From contig CBDCWP010000007.1 of the NCBI GenBank assembly GCA_965223505.1, positions 66,640-130,639 on the forward strand: a DNA stretch of 64,000 nt. The letters are read 5' to 3'. Both the position numbers and the translations under genes were made by a program. Below the pieces are notes generated by a model, which searched no databases, was not told where the DNA came from, and saw nothing but the letters and a program-made list of their open reading frames with translations. Below, piece by piece: positions 29,086 through 41,880 of the stretch (position 1 is its first letter; every line of letters starts with the position of its first letter). Source of the stretch: Planctomycetota bacterium. GTDB taxonomy: Bacteria > Planctomycetota > PLA2 > JAEUHO01.

Positions 29086-30804
29086 TCACGGCGATCGACG
29101 CGTGGCGCGGCGCTTTGCGCGGGTACCACGTGTCCGGCGGGCGTAGCTTCGTTTGACAGCGTGCAGATTCGCACGGCCCGCGACGGCGGCTCGCGGCGCG
29201 AGACCGGGAGGCGCTCCGACAGGCTCCGGAGGCCATTCGTCGAGCCGCCGCGCGACGGCGCGCATCCACAGGAGGCAGAGTAGCGCGAGCGCCGGCACGG
29301 TGATCAGGAACGCGAGTGGGACGAACAGTGCGACGACCGCGTGGACGACGCCAGTGGCGGCGACGATCAGCATGCTGAGGAAGTAGACGCCCATCAGCGC
29401 CGTCTGCTCGGCCGCCTCGAACGCGTGCGAGAACGGCGGCTCCTTGACGAAGCTCCCGAGGAAGGGAATCGAGAGGCAGCCGCCCGCGAGCGCGTGGAGC
29501 ATGCCGAGCGCCGTGCCCCAGCTCGGATCGATGACGAGGACGCAAACGAAGGCGGCCAGGAACGCGGGCAGGATCTGGCGCGTGAGCAGGCCCCGCACGA
29601 TGCCGAGGAAGAACTGGCCGTACCGCCGAATGGGCACGGCGCCGTAGAACCACGCCGCGGCGTGGTGCTCGTGGAAGACGGCCATGCTGAGCAGCGTGCC
29701 CGCGCCCGCAGCGAGCAGGTAGATCGCCATGACGCCGTAGTGGAACCCGCCCGACAGCGGGCGTACGAGACCGAGGAGGACGAGCGCGAGGGGCACGAGC
29801 AGGATCGGCGCGGACCGTGTGCGCGAGTCGCGGCTGCGCATCGCGCCGGCGTAGAGCAGGTACCCCGCGCGCAGATCCGCTGTCGAGCGCGCGAGGGAGG
29901 CGCCGGGGACGGGCCGCTCGCGCTTCGGCTCCGCGTCCGACGCGATGCCCTGCGTCGAGAGCAGCCGAAGCAGGTCGTCGAGGAACCCGCGGCCCATCGC
30001 GCGAACGAGGATCCAGTACCCGATCGGGAGAATCGCGACGCCGATCGCCGCACTTCGAAGCATGACGTCGGCACGATCGCCCAGGAGGACCTCGGGGACG
30101 GCGAAGAACCATGCCGGCGGCAGGAAGCCGAGAATCGGCTCGATCGCCGCCAGCGCGCCGCCGCGCAGGCTCCCGCGGATCAGCAGCTGCGGAACGAGGA
30201 ACGTGAGGATCGAGAACAGCGCCGGCGCATAGGTCAGCATGCCCTGCAGCCGCGCGCCGCCCAACCACGAGAGGCCGATGCGGTAGATCCAGAACGTGAC
30301 CAGTAGCGCGAGGAGCGAGACGGCGACGACCGCGATCAACGCCATCGGCGCGAAGAGCGGTTCGCCGTAGCGCAGCGTCGCGAGGGAGGGGAAGAACCCG
30401 TAGCAGAGCGCCAGAACGCCGACGTGCATGCCGGCGACGGTGACCCGCGCCGCGAGATAGGTGTGGGACTGGACCGGGCGGTGAAACAGGATCTCGTCGT
30501 CGCCGGGCGCCATCACCATCACGGCGAAGTCGGCGATGACCGCCATGCCGATCAGGAACATGGCGCTCATGCCGACGACGGCCGTGAAGATCGGCCGCGG
30601 GACGTCGGAGAACGCCAGCGGCGAGACGAGCAACCCGAAGAGGGCGTAGAGCAACCAGGCCTTCCACAGCGAGCTGCCGCGCTTGCCCTGTCTGTGCATG
30701 ACCAGGCTGCTGCTCGACCGCAACGAGATACGCCAGAACGCGCGCACGAGCGCGCGGTACGCGTCCGGTTGGATGCCGAAGAGCTTCAGGACGGCGTCGA
30801 TCAC
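29086..30804 (-). CDS. Multi-pass membrane protein, probable ABC transporter permease
   Basis: Many hydrophobic helices; GTGA overlap with the ABC ATPase. Confidence 0.7.
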   Translation of the reverse strand: MIDAVLKLFGIQPDAYRALVRAFWRISLRSSSSLVMHRQGKRGSSLWKAWLLYALFGLLVSPLAFSDVPRPIFTAVVGMSAMFLIGMAVIADFAVMVMAPGDDEILFHRPVQSHTYLAARVTVAGMHVGVLALCYGFFPSLATLRYGEPLFAPMALIAVVAVSLLALLVTFWIYRIGLSWLGGARLQGMLTYAPALFSILTFLVPQLLIRGSLRGGALAAIEPILGFLPPAWFFAVPEVLLGDRADVMLRSAAIGVAILPIGYWILVRAMGRGFLDDLLRLLSTQGIASDAEPKRERPVPGASLARSTADLRAGYLLYAGAMRSRDSRTRSAPILLVPLALVLLGLVRPLSGGFHYGVMAIYLLAAGAGTLLSMAVFHEHHAAAWFYGAVPIRRYGQFFLGIVRGLLTRQILPAFLAAFVCVLVIDPSWGTALGMLHALAGGCLSIPFLGSFVKEPPFSHAFEAAEQTALMGVYFLSMLIVAATGVVHAVVALFVPLAFLITVPALALLCLLWMRAVARRLDEWPPEPVGAPPGLAPRAAVAGRANLHAVKRSYARRTRGTRAKRRATRRSP

Positions 30805-31580
30805 GAAGCGCACTCGCCGGGCGCGTCGAGCACGTCCAGGATGCCGCGCGCGCGCATGCGCTGGTCGTCGTCGGCGGTCAGGCGGCTGAAGAGGGCCTCG
30901 AGCGTGCTGTCTCCGGAACGCGTTCGCAGCTCGGATGCGCTGCCGTCCGCGACGACCGAGCCGCCGTCGATGATGATGACCCGGTCGCTCACGCGTTCCA
31001 CCACGTCCATCAGGTGCGACGAGTACAGCACCGTTCGTCCGCGCTCGGCCAACCCCCGTACGACCTCCTTCACGGCGACGGTCGCGTTGGCGTCGAGCCC
31101 GTTGAGCGGCTCGTCCAGGAACACGACCTCCGGGTCGTGCAGCAGCGCCGCGGTGATGACGACCTTCTGCTTCATGCCCTTCGAGAAGGTGGACATGCGT
31201 CCACTGCGGTTGCGCAGAATGCCGAACCCCGAAAGAAAGTGGTCGGCGCGCTCGCGGACCATGTCGTCCGCGAGGCCGTGTAAGCGTCCGATGAGCGTGA
31301 GGTACTCGATGGGGGTCAGGCTCTCGTACAACGCGCCCGATTCGGGGACGTAGCCGATGCGCGACCGCACTTCGAGCGGCTCCTCCAGCGGATCGAAGCC
31401 TGCGACGCGCACCGTGCCGGACGCCGGCCGCAACATGCCGCACAAGATCCTGAGCGTCGTCGTCTTGCCGGCGCCGTTCGGCCCGAGGTAGCCGACGACC
31501 TCGCCCGGCTCGACGGTAAAGGACACACCGTTCAGCACGGGCTTGGCAAAGGCGTGATGCAGGTCTTCGACGACGATCAT
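30801..31580 (-). CDS. ABC transporter ATP-binding protein
   Basis: GPNGAGKT, FSKGMKQK, FLDEP and SSH motifs. Confidence 0.93.
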   Translation of the reverse strand: MIVVEDLHHAFAKPVLNGVSFTVEPGEVVGYLGPNGAGKTTTLRILCGMLRPASGTVRVAGFDPLEEPLEVRSRIGYVPESGALYESLTPIEYLTLIGRLHGLADDMVRERADHFLSGFGILRNRSGRMSTFSKGMKQKVVITAALLHDPEVVFLDEPLNGLDANATVAVKEVVRGLAERGRTVLYSSHLMDVVERVSDRVIIIDGGSVVADGSASELRTRSGDSTLEALFSRLTADDDQRMRARGILDVLDAPGECAS

Positions 31581-31658
31581 GCGGTCACGATACCGGTTGC
31601 TTCAGGTCACACGACACCGGACTTGGACGACGCGCGACGTCGAACCGCGCCAACTGCC

Positions 31659-32999
31659 TCAGAGCGCGAGCTGCCACTGGAAACGAAGTAACATGGACGG
31701 GTCGTCATTGTTGCCGAACCCGCCCGGGAAGCCGCCGTAGGGATCCCACAGGGTGGGACCCTCCTCGAGCTCGTCGTCGGCGACGAGGAACGTGGCCTCC
31801 AGCTGCAGCTTGTTGCCGTGGCCGTCGAGGTAGTAGTTCAAGATACCGCTCGCCGCGCGCTCCGCGCGATAGCGCTGGAATCCCGCGAGCGGGTCCGAGT
31901 CCACGTCGTATCCGGAAACGCGGACCGCGATCTCCAACGGCGTCCCGCGCCAGTGGTACCCGAGCTGGACGTTGGCCGCCAGGATCGACGAGTCGAGCGT
32001 CTTGCCGAGCGCGCCCCATGCCGTCCAGCCCGTCAGCGACCAACCGCCGTATCCCAGCGCCACGTCGAATCCGTACAGGTACGACCGGGTGCGATCGTCC
32101 TGCGAGACGACGCCCGGCGACCGGACGCGGCCCCACACGCCGAGCTCGGCGTACAGGCGTCCGACGCACTGCCGCAGCGCGCCTTCTTCGTACCCGATCG
32201 CATTCCAGATCGCCCAGTTCAGCCGGCCGGCGAACTCCGGGTCTTCGAGCGTCCGGTGGTCGAGCGCGGTACGGAAGTGGTCGCCGCCGTCGCCGCCGGC
32301 ACCGCTCAGGGCGTACGAGAAGGCCTTCTTGCGCCCGAACGCGCCGTGCAGCATGACGCCGTAGTCGCGGTTGCGGTCCGTGTGTCCGGGCAGGTTCTGT
32401 CCGAGGAACACCGCCGCGATCGAGGGGCCCGTGAACTGCGTCAGCTCCACCGGCACCATCGTCTCGCGCGGACCGGGCGGCTGGAGCAGGCCGAAGCGAA
32501 CGTTGAGCGCGTCCGCAAACGGCATTTCGAGCCACGCTTCGCGCAGCACGTCGTAGTTCAAGGTCTGCGGGGTGCTGCTGACCGTCGGCATGGGCGCGAC
32601 GGCCAGCCGTTGTTCGATCGTGTCGCGCCCGAAGTGTCCGAGCTCGAGCTCGGTGTACCAGCGCGTCCGGCACGGCGCCGTGCCCGAGAGCTTCAACGTC
32701 GCGCGCGGCAACGCGAAACCCGAGAGGTCGCCGTTCGGCGCTGACCCGATGCGATCGCTGTACCCGTAGGCCTCGAAGCGCGCCTGCAGGGTCAGGTTGG
32801 CGCGCAGACGGAAGTCGCGGCCGCGGATGACGAACCCGCTGTCGTATCCGGCGCCGCCCGCGTCGAGCAGACCCTCGGCCGTCACGGCCCCCAGCTCGGT
32901 CGACGCGACGCGCACCTCGTGCTCGCCCGCGTGGGCCCGCGGCGCGAGCAGCGCCCAAAGCGCCGCCGCGACGACGAGGATGTTCGTGAGGTTCCGCAT
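31659..32999 (-). CDS. Outer-membrane porin (phosphate-selective porin O/P-like)
   Basis: Signal peptide; AGYDSGFVI, RDYGVMLHG, NYYLDGHGNKLQ; C-terminal RFQWQLAL beta-strand. Confidence 0.65.
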   Translation of the reverse strand: MRNLTNILVVAAALWALLAPRAHAGEHEVRVASTELGAVTAEGLLDAGGAGYDSGFVIRGRDFRLRANLTLQARFEAYGYSDRIGSAPNGDLSGFALPRATLKLSGTAPCRTRWYTELELGHFGRDTIEQRLAVAPMPTVSSTPQTLNYDVLREAWLEMPFADALNVRFGLLQPPGPRETMVPVELTQFTGPSIAAVFLGQNLPGHTDRNRDYGVMLHGAFGRKKAFSYALSGAGGDGGDHFRTALDHRTLEDPEFAGRLNWAIWNAIGYEEGALRQCVGRLYAELGVWGRVRSPGVVSQDDRTRSYLYGFDVALGYGGWSLTGWTAWGALGKTLDSSILAANVQLGYHWRGTPLEIAVRVSGYDVDSDPLAGFQRYRAERAASGILNYYLDGHGNKLQLEATFLVADDELEEGPTLWDPYGGFPGGFGNNDDPSMLLRFQWQLAL

Positions 33000-33051
33000 G
33001 CCCGCGCGCACCACAGCCGCGCGCGGTCATCGACGCGTCACTTCGCCGGCG

Positions 33052-35952
<2,901 letters not shown>

Positions 35953-36078
35953 GGCGTTGATCCCAAACGAAGGAAAAGCGTCCCAGATTGGACACCCGAT
36001 TCCGTCCGACGCGCAGGAAAGGCGGCGCGCGTCCGGTCCCGGCGTCCAGGCCGCCCGCGGACGTCCGGCGGGGCGTCG

Positions 36079-38997
36079 CTACGGCGCCCAGTCCACGCGC
36101 ACGGTGTAGTCCGTCCGCTTCTGGGTGCCGGAGAACACCAGCACGAGGACCCGTTCTCCCGGGGTCAGCGGTGCTGCGGCCGGCTTCACGGCAAAACGAC
36201 CGTGTTTGTCGCTCGGGCCGACGAAGTCCAGCAGCCGGTCGCGGCTCAGGTCGTCGAGGCTCCAACGGTAGACATGGATGTTCTCGCCCGTGTCCTTCGT
36301 GAGGACGACCCAGGCGCGCCGCGGCGTGGCAGCCGTGTTCTCGACGACGTAGTAGTCGTAGAGGTCCCAGGCGTAGCGTTGCTCCGGAAACGGCGCCTGC
36401 CCGTTCAGGATCTCGAACCCGACGGCGTCTTTGATCTCGGTCGTGAGCGGCGTCGCGTGTGCCGGCGAATCGTCGGCCTCCCTCTTGGCCAGCGGGACGT
36501 CACCCGACATCGGCCACACGCCGAGGTTGGCGAGCTGGTACCAGCGCACGCGGAAGTGGCGCAAGGGCACACCGGACGCGTCGTAGGCCTCGACCCAGAC
36601 GTCCTGATCCCATCCGGAGGGCACGATCAGCCGCTTACGGATCGTGCCCGGCGCGCTCAGAGCGGCGTCATCGCCCGTACTCACGTCGACGAGCTCGACC
36701 TGGGCGCCGAGGTCGTTGCCGCCGGCGTCCACCAGTGCGATGCGCGGCGCGGGGCACGAATGCCGAAGCTCGATGACGTCGTTTCCGAAGAACCCGAAGT
36801 TGAAGTCGGCTGAGAACACCCGAAAGCGGTGCGGCTGCACCGTGTTACCCGGTTGCCACCAGGACGGCAGCTCGGATGCGTCGATCGAAAGGAGGCTCGG
36901 ATCGAGCGCCGTCATCTCGTTCGGTTGCCCTACCGGCGGCAGGACGGAGATCGTGAGCGACAAGTCGACCGCATCCGAGTCGGCGTTCCTGACGCCGACG
37001 ACCGGGTCCCATTTGATCTTCTCGCCGCTCGGCGGTTCCAGGATCAGATCCAGCCCCTCGTGATCGGCTTCGCAGACCTCGATGTTCCTGAACCCGTTCA
37101 AGGGAAAGAAGAAAACGCTACTGTTGAAGATGAACTTGAACTGCGGAAGCGGGCCTCCCGTGACGACCTCGACCCGTTCGCCGGGCGCGAGACCGCTCAA
37201 CTGGATGCGCGGGCGAAAGCGTCCGTCCAGCACTCTGTCCCGATCGTCGTCCGACAGCCCGTCGAGATCCAACCGGTAGAACCGCCATCCATTTCCCTCG
37301 ATCGTCGGATTTGCGGTGGACGAGACGAGCGGCGGATCGTCTTCGATCGGCGTGCCCACGTCGCACGTGCCGGGGTCCACGGGCGCGAGGGGGTCGACGA
37401 GCGTCACCGTCAGTGTGTAGCACTCGCCGCTCGTCCTGCCGACCGGCCACGCGCCGCCGAAGTCGGGCTCGACCTTCACGAAGTGTTCGCCTTGGCAGAG
37501 CGTGGCGACCGTCTCGCCCGTCGCGGGGTCGAACGCGCCCACCGACCGGAGATCGGTGTCCGTGACCTTCAGCCGTAGCAGCGGCCCGGACGTCGTGCGG
37601 CAGCGCACGGTCGTGCCGTCCTGCGCCACCATGAACCTGTACCAGTCGGCCGTGTCCGCCGGCTGGCCGTTGTTGGGCTGAGCGCCCACCGCTTTCTTGG
37701 CCGTGGCGATGTCACCGCTGAACATGAGTAGGTTCGCGGTGTCGTCGAAATGATAGGCGCAGGACGACGAACAGTCCGCGTCGACCTTCACGAGGTTGCG
37801 CGGGACGTCGTCACACTCGAACAGCTGGATGTACTCTCCGAACTCGTTCGGCGCGCAGGCCACCGGCTGGGAAGGAATGCCTCCGGCGCCGACCACCCAC
37901 TTGATCAGGCCGTACCCGCCGATCCAGATCTTCTGGAGCTCGGAGACGGGGATCCACATGTAACCGTCGTGACCCCACTTCTTGCCCCACTGGTTGGCCA
38001 CCAGAAAGGAGCCGAACGGGTATGTGTCGGGATCGGGGAACGTCCGGTCGTATCCGATGATCGTCATCATGTGCTGGCTGCCGACGTCGGGGCCGCCCGC
38101 GTTCAGACACACGCCGCGTTCCTCCGTCAGCCCGCAATTGCGGTCACGGAACAGGACCGGCGCCTGGACGCGGTTCTCGCCCCGGTACGTGAGCCAGCCC
38201 TCGCGCATGCGCACCACGATCGCGATGGGCGTGCCCTGCTCGTGCAGCCAACTCTGCAACTGCCGAACGGTCCCACCCTCGATGTTCGGATCCTCCAGCG
38301 TCCCGAATCGAACGAAGCAGCGCGGCCGGAAGTAGTACCCGTTCGGCTCCGCGAACTGCCACGGCGCCAGGCTGCTCGTGGCGCCCAGTGATTCGTGTTC
38401 GTCGTCGCCGCACGAGCGAAACGCCGCGTCTTCCGACGTCGCGCAAATGAACGGCCAGCGGCAACATCCGTTTTGCATCAACGAGGCGATCGCGAGCTCC
38501 GGCCGCATGCATCCGAGGCGGCCGTCGACCTCGCGACAGAGCGGCGCACCGACCAGGTGCGGAGCGCGCTCCTCGATGACGTCCGTGTCCAGCTCTCGCT
38601 GGCTGTAGATGTAGTCGGGCGAGAACCAGTTCTCGGGATCGCCGACGTCGAGCACGTTGCCGCCGCCGTTGCTTCCGCGCAGCCGGAAATGGCGCAGCTC
38701 GAGCGCCGTCATCAGGTAGTACCCGAGCGCCCAGCCGACACAGTTGTTCCAGCGCTGGTTCTGGATGGGGGGAATGACTCCTTCCCGGCGCAAGTCCACC
38801 TGCAACGGGAGTCGATCATCGGCGATGGCGCCGGCCATCTCCGCGCTGTCGTACATCTGCTGGGAGGGCATCAGCGCGCCGGCGACGGTCGTGACGCCGA
38901 CCACGTCGCCCCCGGTGTCGTATCCACAACTGCCCACCGTCGACAACACGAGTGCCAGTCCGACGACGCCGGCCCGTCGCATCACAACATCGATCAT
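36079..38997 (-). CDS. Papain-like (C1) cysteine peptidase lipoprotein with long C-terminal extension
   Basis: Lipobox VGSC; VDLR, NQRWNNCVGWA, SQHMMTIIGYD and ANQWGKKWGHDGY motifs. Confidence 0.7.
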   Translation of the reverse strand: MIDVVMRRAGVVGLALVLSTVGSCGYDTGGDVVGVTTVAGALMPSQQMYDSAEMAGAIADDRLPLQVDLRREGVIPPIQNQRWNNCVGWALGYYLMTALELRHFRLRGSNGGGNVLDVGDPENWFSPDYIYSQRELDTDVIEERAPHLVGAPLCREVDGRLGCMRPELAIASLMQNGCCRWPFICATSEDAAFRSCGDDEHESLGATSSLAPWQFAEPNGYYFRPRCFVRFGTLEDPNIEGGTVRQLQSWLHEQGTPIAIVVRMREGWLTYRGENRVQAPVLFRDRNCGLTEERGVCLNAGGPDVGSQHMMTIIGYDRTFPDPDTYPFGSFLVANQWGKKWGHDGYMWIPVSELQKIWIGGYGLIKWVVGAGGIPSQPVACAPNEFGEYIQLFECDDVPRNLVKVDADCSSSCAYHFDDTANLLMFSGDIATAKKAVGAQPNNGQPADTADWYRFMVAQDGTTVRCRTTSGPLLRLKVTDTDLRSVGAFDPATGETVATLCQGEHFVKVEPDFGGAWPVGRTSGECYTLTVTLVDPLAPVDPGTCDVGTPIEDDPPLVSSTANPTIEGNGWRFYRLDLDGLSDDDRDRVLDGRFRPRIQLSGLAPGERVEVVTGGPLPQFKFIFNSSVFFFPLNGFRNIEVCEADHEGLDLILEPPSGEKIKWDPVVGVRNADSDAVDLSLTISVLPPVGQPNEMTALDPSLLSIDASELPSWWQPGNTVQPHRFRVFSADFNFGFFGNDVIELRHSCPAPRIALVDAGGNDLGAQVELVDVSTGDDAALSAPGTIRKRLIVPSGWDQDVWVEAYDASGVPLRHFRVRWYQLANLGVWPMSGDVPLAKREADDSPAHATPLTTEIKDAVGFEILNGQAPFPEQRYAWDLYDYYVVENTAATPRRAWVVLTKDTGENIHVYRWSLDDLSRDRLLDFVGPSDKHGRFAVKPAAAPLTPGERVLVLVFSGTQKRTDYTVRVDWAP

Positions 38998-39101
38998 CTG
39001 CGCCGCGCTCCACCGTGATCCCGACGCGGAATTCTAGGCAGTGGTGGCGCCGACTTCAAACTCGACGTGGGAACGCGGTCCCGATCGGTCGTGCTCACCG
39101 A

Positions 39102-40451
39102 CTACATCACGCCGTACGCCATCATCGCGTCGGCGACACGCACGAAACCGGCTACGTTGGCGCCCGTCACGTAGTCGACGTGCTCGCCCTCGGCGCCGAA
39201 CTGCACGCACTTCTCGTGGATGTCGCACATGATCTCTTGGAGCTTCTGGTCCACCTCCTTGGCGGTCCAGCTCAGGCGCATGGAGTTCTGGGTCTGCTCG
39301 AGGCCGGAAACGGACACGCCGCCGGCGTTCGCCGCCTTGCCCGGTCCGTACAAGATCTGCGCGTCCTGGAACGCGTCGATGCCTTCGAGCGTGGTCGGCA
39401 TGTTCGCGCCTTCGGACACGGCCAGCACCCCGTTCTTCACGAGCGTGCGGGCGTCGTCGCCGTCGAGCTCGTTCTGCGTCGCCGACGGGAACGCGAGATC
39501 GACCGGCACCGCCCACGGACGCTTGCCGGCGTGGTACTCGCACCCGAACTCGTCGGCGTATTCGCTGATGCGCCCACGGCGGTTGAACTTGAGGTCCTTG
39601 ACCCACGCGAGCTTCTCTTTGTCGATCCCGTCCTTGTCGTAGACGAAGCCGCCCGAGTCCGAGAGCGTCACGACCTTGCCGCCCATGCGCCGGGCCTTCT
39701 CGGCCGTGTAGATCGCCACGTTGCCCGAGCCCGAGACCGCGCAGCGCTTCCCGTCGATCGTCTCGCCGGTGCGCTTGAGCATCTCGTTCATGAAGTAGAC
39801 CGAGCCGTAGCCGGTCGCCTCCGGCCGCATGAGGCTGCCGCCGTAGCTCAGGCCCTTGCCGGTCATGGCGCCCACGTAGCGGTTCACGAGACGCTTGTAC
39901 TGTCCGAAGAGGAACCCGATCTCGCGCGAGCCGACGCCGATGTCGCCGGCCGGCACGTCGGTGTCCTCGCCGATGTGGGGGAAGAGCTTCGTCATGAACG
40001 CGTAGCAGAACCGCATGACCTCGCGGTCGGACTTGCCCTTGGGGTCGAAGTCCGAGCCGCCCTTCGCACCGCCCATCGGCAAACCCGTGAGCGAGTTCTT
40101 GAAGATCTGTTCGAACCCCAGGAACTTGACCACGCCCAGGTCCACGGACGGATGGAATCGCAGTCCGCCTTTGTAGGGGCCGATCGCGCTGTTGAACTGC
40201 ACGCGGTACCCGCGGTTGGTGCGGATCTTGCCCTCGTCGTCTTCCCACGTGACGCGGAACATGATCGCGCGGTCCGGTTCGACGAGGCGCTCGAGGATCG
40301 CTGCGTGCTTGAACTCCGGGTTGGCGTCGATGTACGGCATGATCGTCTTCACGACCTCGTACACCGCCTGGTGAAACTCCTCCTCGCAGGGGTTCTTCGC
40401 CCGCAGGCGCTCCATGAAGACGTCGAGTCGATCGCTGCCGGCGTTGGACAT
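39102..40451 (-). CDS. gdhA: NADP-specific glutamate dehydrogenase
   Basis: GPYKGGLRFHPSV, GGAKGGSDFDPKGKS, RPEATGYG and GKAANAGGV motifs. Confidence 0.96.
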   Translation of the reverse strand: MSNAGSDRLDVFMERLRAKNPCEEEFHQAVYEVVKTIMPYIDANPEFKHAAILERLVEPDRAIMFRVTWEDDEGKIRTNRGYRVQFNSAIGPYKGGLRFHPSVDLGVVKFLGFEQIFKNSLTGLPMGGAKGGSDFDPKGKSDREVMRFCYAFMTKLFPHIGEDTDVPAGDIGVGSREIGFLFGQYKRLVNRYVGAMTGKGLSYGGSLMRPEATGYGSVYFMNEMLKRTGETIDGKRCAVSGSGNVAIYTAEKARRMGGKVVTLSDSGGFVYDKDGIDKEKLAWVKDLKFNRRGRISEYADEFGCEYHAGKRPWAVPVDLAFPSATQNELDGDDARTLVKNGVLAVSEGANMPTTLEGIDAFQDAQILYGPGKAANAGGVSVSGLEQTQNSMRLSWTAKEVDQKLQEIMCDIHEKCVQFGAEGEHVDYVTGANVAGFVRVADAMMAYGVM

Positions 40452-40734
40452 AGGGGGGCCTCTCTCAGGCGGCGAGCCAGGGTACACATCGCCGGCGGGA
40501 ATGCATCCGGCATGACGATCCCGTGCATACAGGCTACGAATCGCGCCTCGCGAGACGCCTCGTCCCGAGCCGGGTTTCAGCCGCCACACGCTGTGTCTCC
40601 CCGTGGTGACGTTCCGCGCGTTCGGGCTGCGGACAAATGGTCGGACAGGCCTGGGAGCGCCTTCGAGGGGGACTAAACTCGACGCGTGCGGCGTTTTCCT
40701 TCCGTACGACGCACCGGCCGCGCAGAGGACCTTC

Positions 40735-41880
40735 ATGACCCGACGACTCCGCTCGACGCGCCTTGCTTGGGTTCTCGCAGGCGCCTCTCTGCTCACGGCG
40801 TGCGGCGACGACGGCGGGACGTACGTCATCACGGAAGTGCGCGACCGCGGCCGCCCGAACCGGATCATCCCGTCCGACGTCACGGACGGCGATCGGCTGC
40901 TGGGTCGCAAGCGCGAGATGACGTACGAATGGACGACGCCCGAAGGCTGGAAGGCGCTCGACGAGAACCCGAATCGCATCGCGACGTACGAGGTGCCCGG
41001 TACGCCTCCGGCCGAGTGCGTGATCTCCAGCCTGCCCGGCGACGCGGGCGGCGAGCTCGCCAACATCAATCGTTGGTGCAAGCAGATGAAGCACGACCCG
41101 ATCCCGTCGTTGTCCGACGACGCCGTTCAGTGGTTGGCGCTCGAGGGCCTGAAGCAGGACGCGATCGCCGTCGATCTGACCGGCACCTACGTGGGCATGC
41201 GCGGGAACGAGGAGCTCGAGAACGCACGCATGTTGGTCGGGCTCGTCCCGCGACCGGGGCACACGCTGTTCGTGAAGATGATCGGCGTCGATGCCGTCGT
41301 GAACGCCGCCGGCGAGGACTTTCGCGCGCTCCTTCATTCGCTCGTGCGAACCGGTGACGCGGCGCCGCACACCATGGACGGCCACGGCGGCATGGGGCAC
41401 GGCGGCGGACCGATCCCGCCGCCGCCCAAAGAGACGCCGGTCGCCAAGGGACTTCACTGGAGCGCACCGGACGGTTGGGCGTCGCGGCGGACACCCGGCG
41501 CGACCCGCCTCGGCACGCTCAAGCCGTCGGAGGACTCGGAGGTCGAGTGCACCGTCACCGTGTTGCGCGGCGACGGCGGCGGCCTGCACATGAACGTGAA
41601 CCGCTGGGCGGAGCAGATGCAGCACGCCCGGTTCAGCGAGGACGCGCTCGAGAAGCTCGACACGATCGAGGTGCTCGGCGTGGACGGCCGCATCGTCGAG
41701 ATTCCGGGTCACTATCGCGGCATGAAGGGCGAGTCCGTCGACGACGCGCTCATGCTCGCGCTCGTCTGCTTCGTCGATCAAGAAGCCGTCTTCGTGAAGA
41801 TGACCGGCCCCCGAGACGAGGTCGCGGCGCTCAAGGACACCTTCCTCGCATTGTGCCGCTCGCTGCGGCTGGAGGCGTGA
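40735..41880 (+). CDS. Lipoprotein with two tandem copies of an unknown domain, first gene of the cytochrome c maturation operon
   Basis: Lipobox LTAC; repeated W..P.GW / GG...N.NRW..QM / FVKM.G. Confidence 0.7.
   Translation: MTRRLRSTRLAWVLAGASLLTACGDDGGTYVITEVRDRGRPNRIIPSDVTDGDRLLGRKREMTYEWTTPEGWKALDENPNRIATYEVPGTPPAECVISSLPGDAGGELANINRWCKQMKHDPIPSLSDDAVQWLALEGLKQDAIAVDLTGTYVGMRGNEELENARMLVGLVPRPGHTLFVKMIGVDAVVNAAGEDFRALLHSLVRTGDAAPHTMDGHGGMGHGGGPIPPPPKETPVAKGLHWSAPDGWASRRTPGATRLGTLKPSEDSEVECTVTVLRGDGGGLHMNVNRWAEQMQHARFSEDALEKLDTIEVLGVDGRIVEIPGHYRGMKGESVDDALMLALVCFVDQEAVFVKMTGPRDEVAALKDTFLALCRSLRLEA

Noticed and set aside
35953..36078. Glycine riboswitch upstream of gcvP
   Set aside because: The gap is short and I could not find the conserved aptamer motifs
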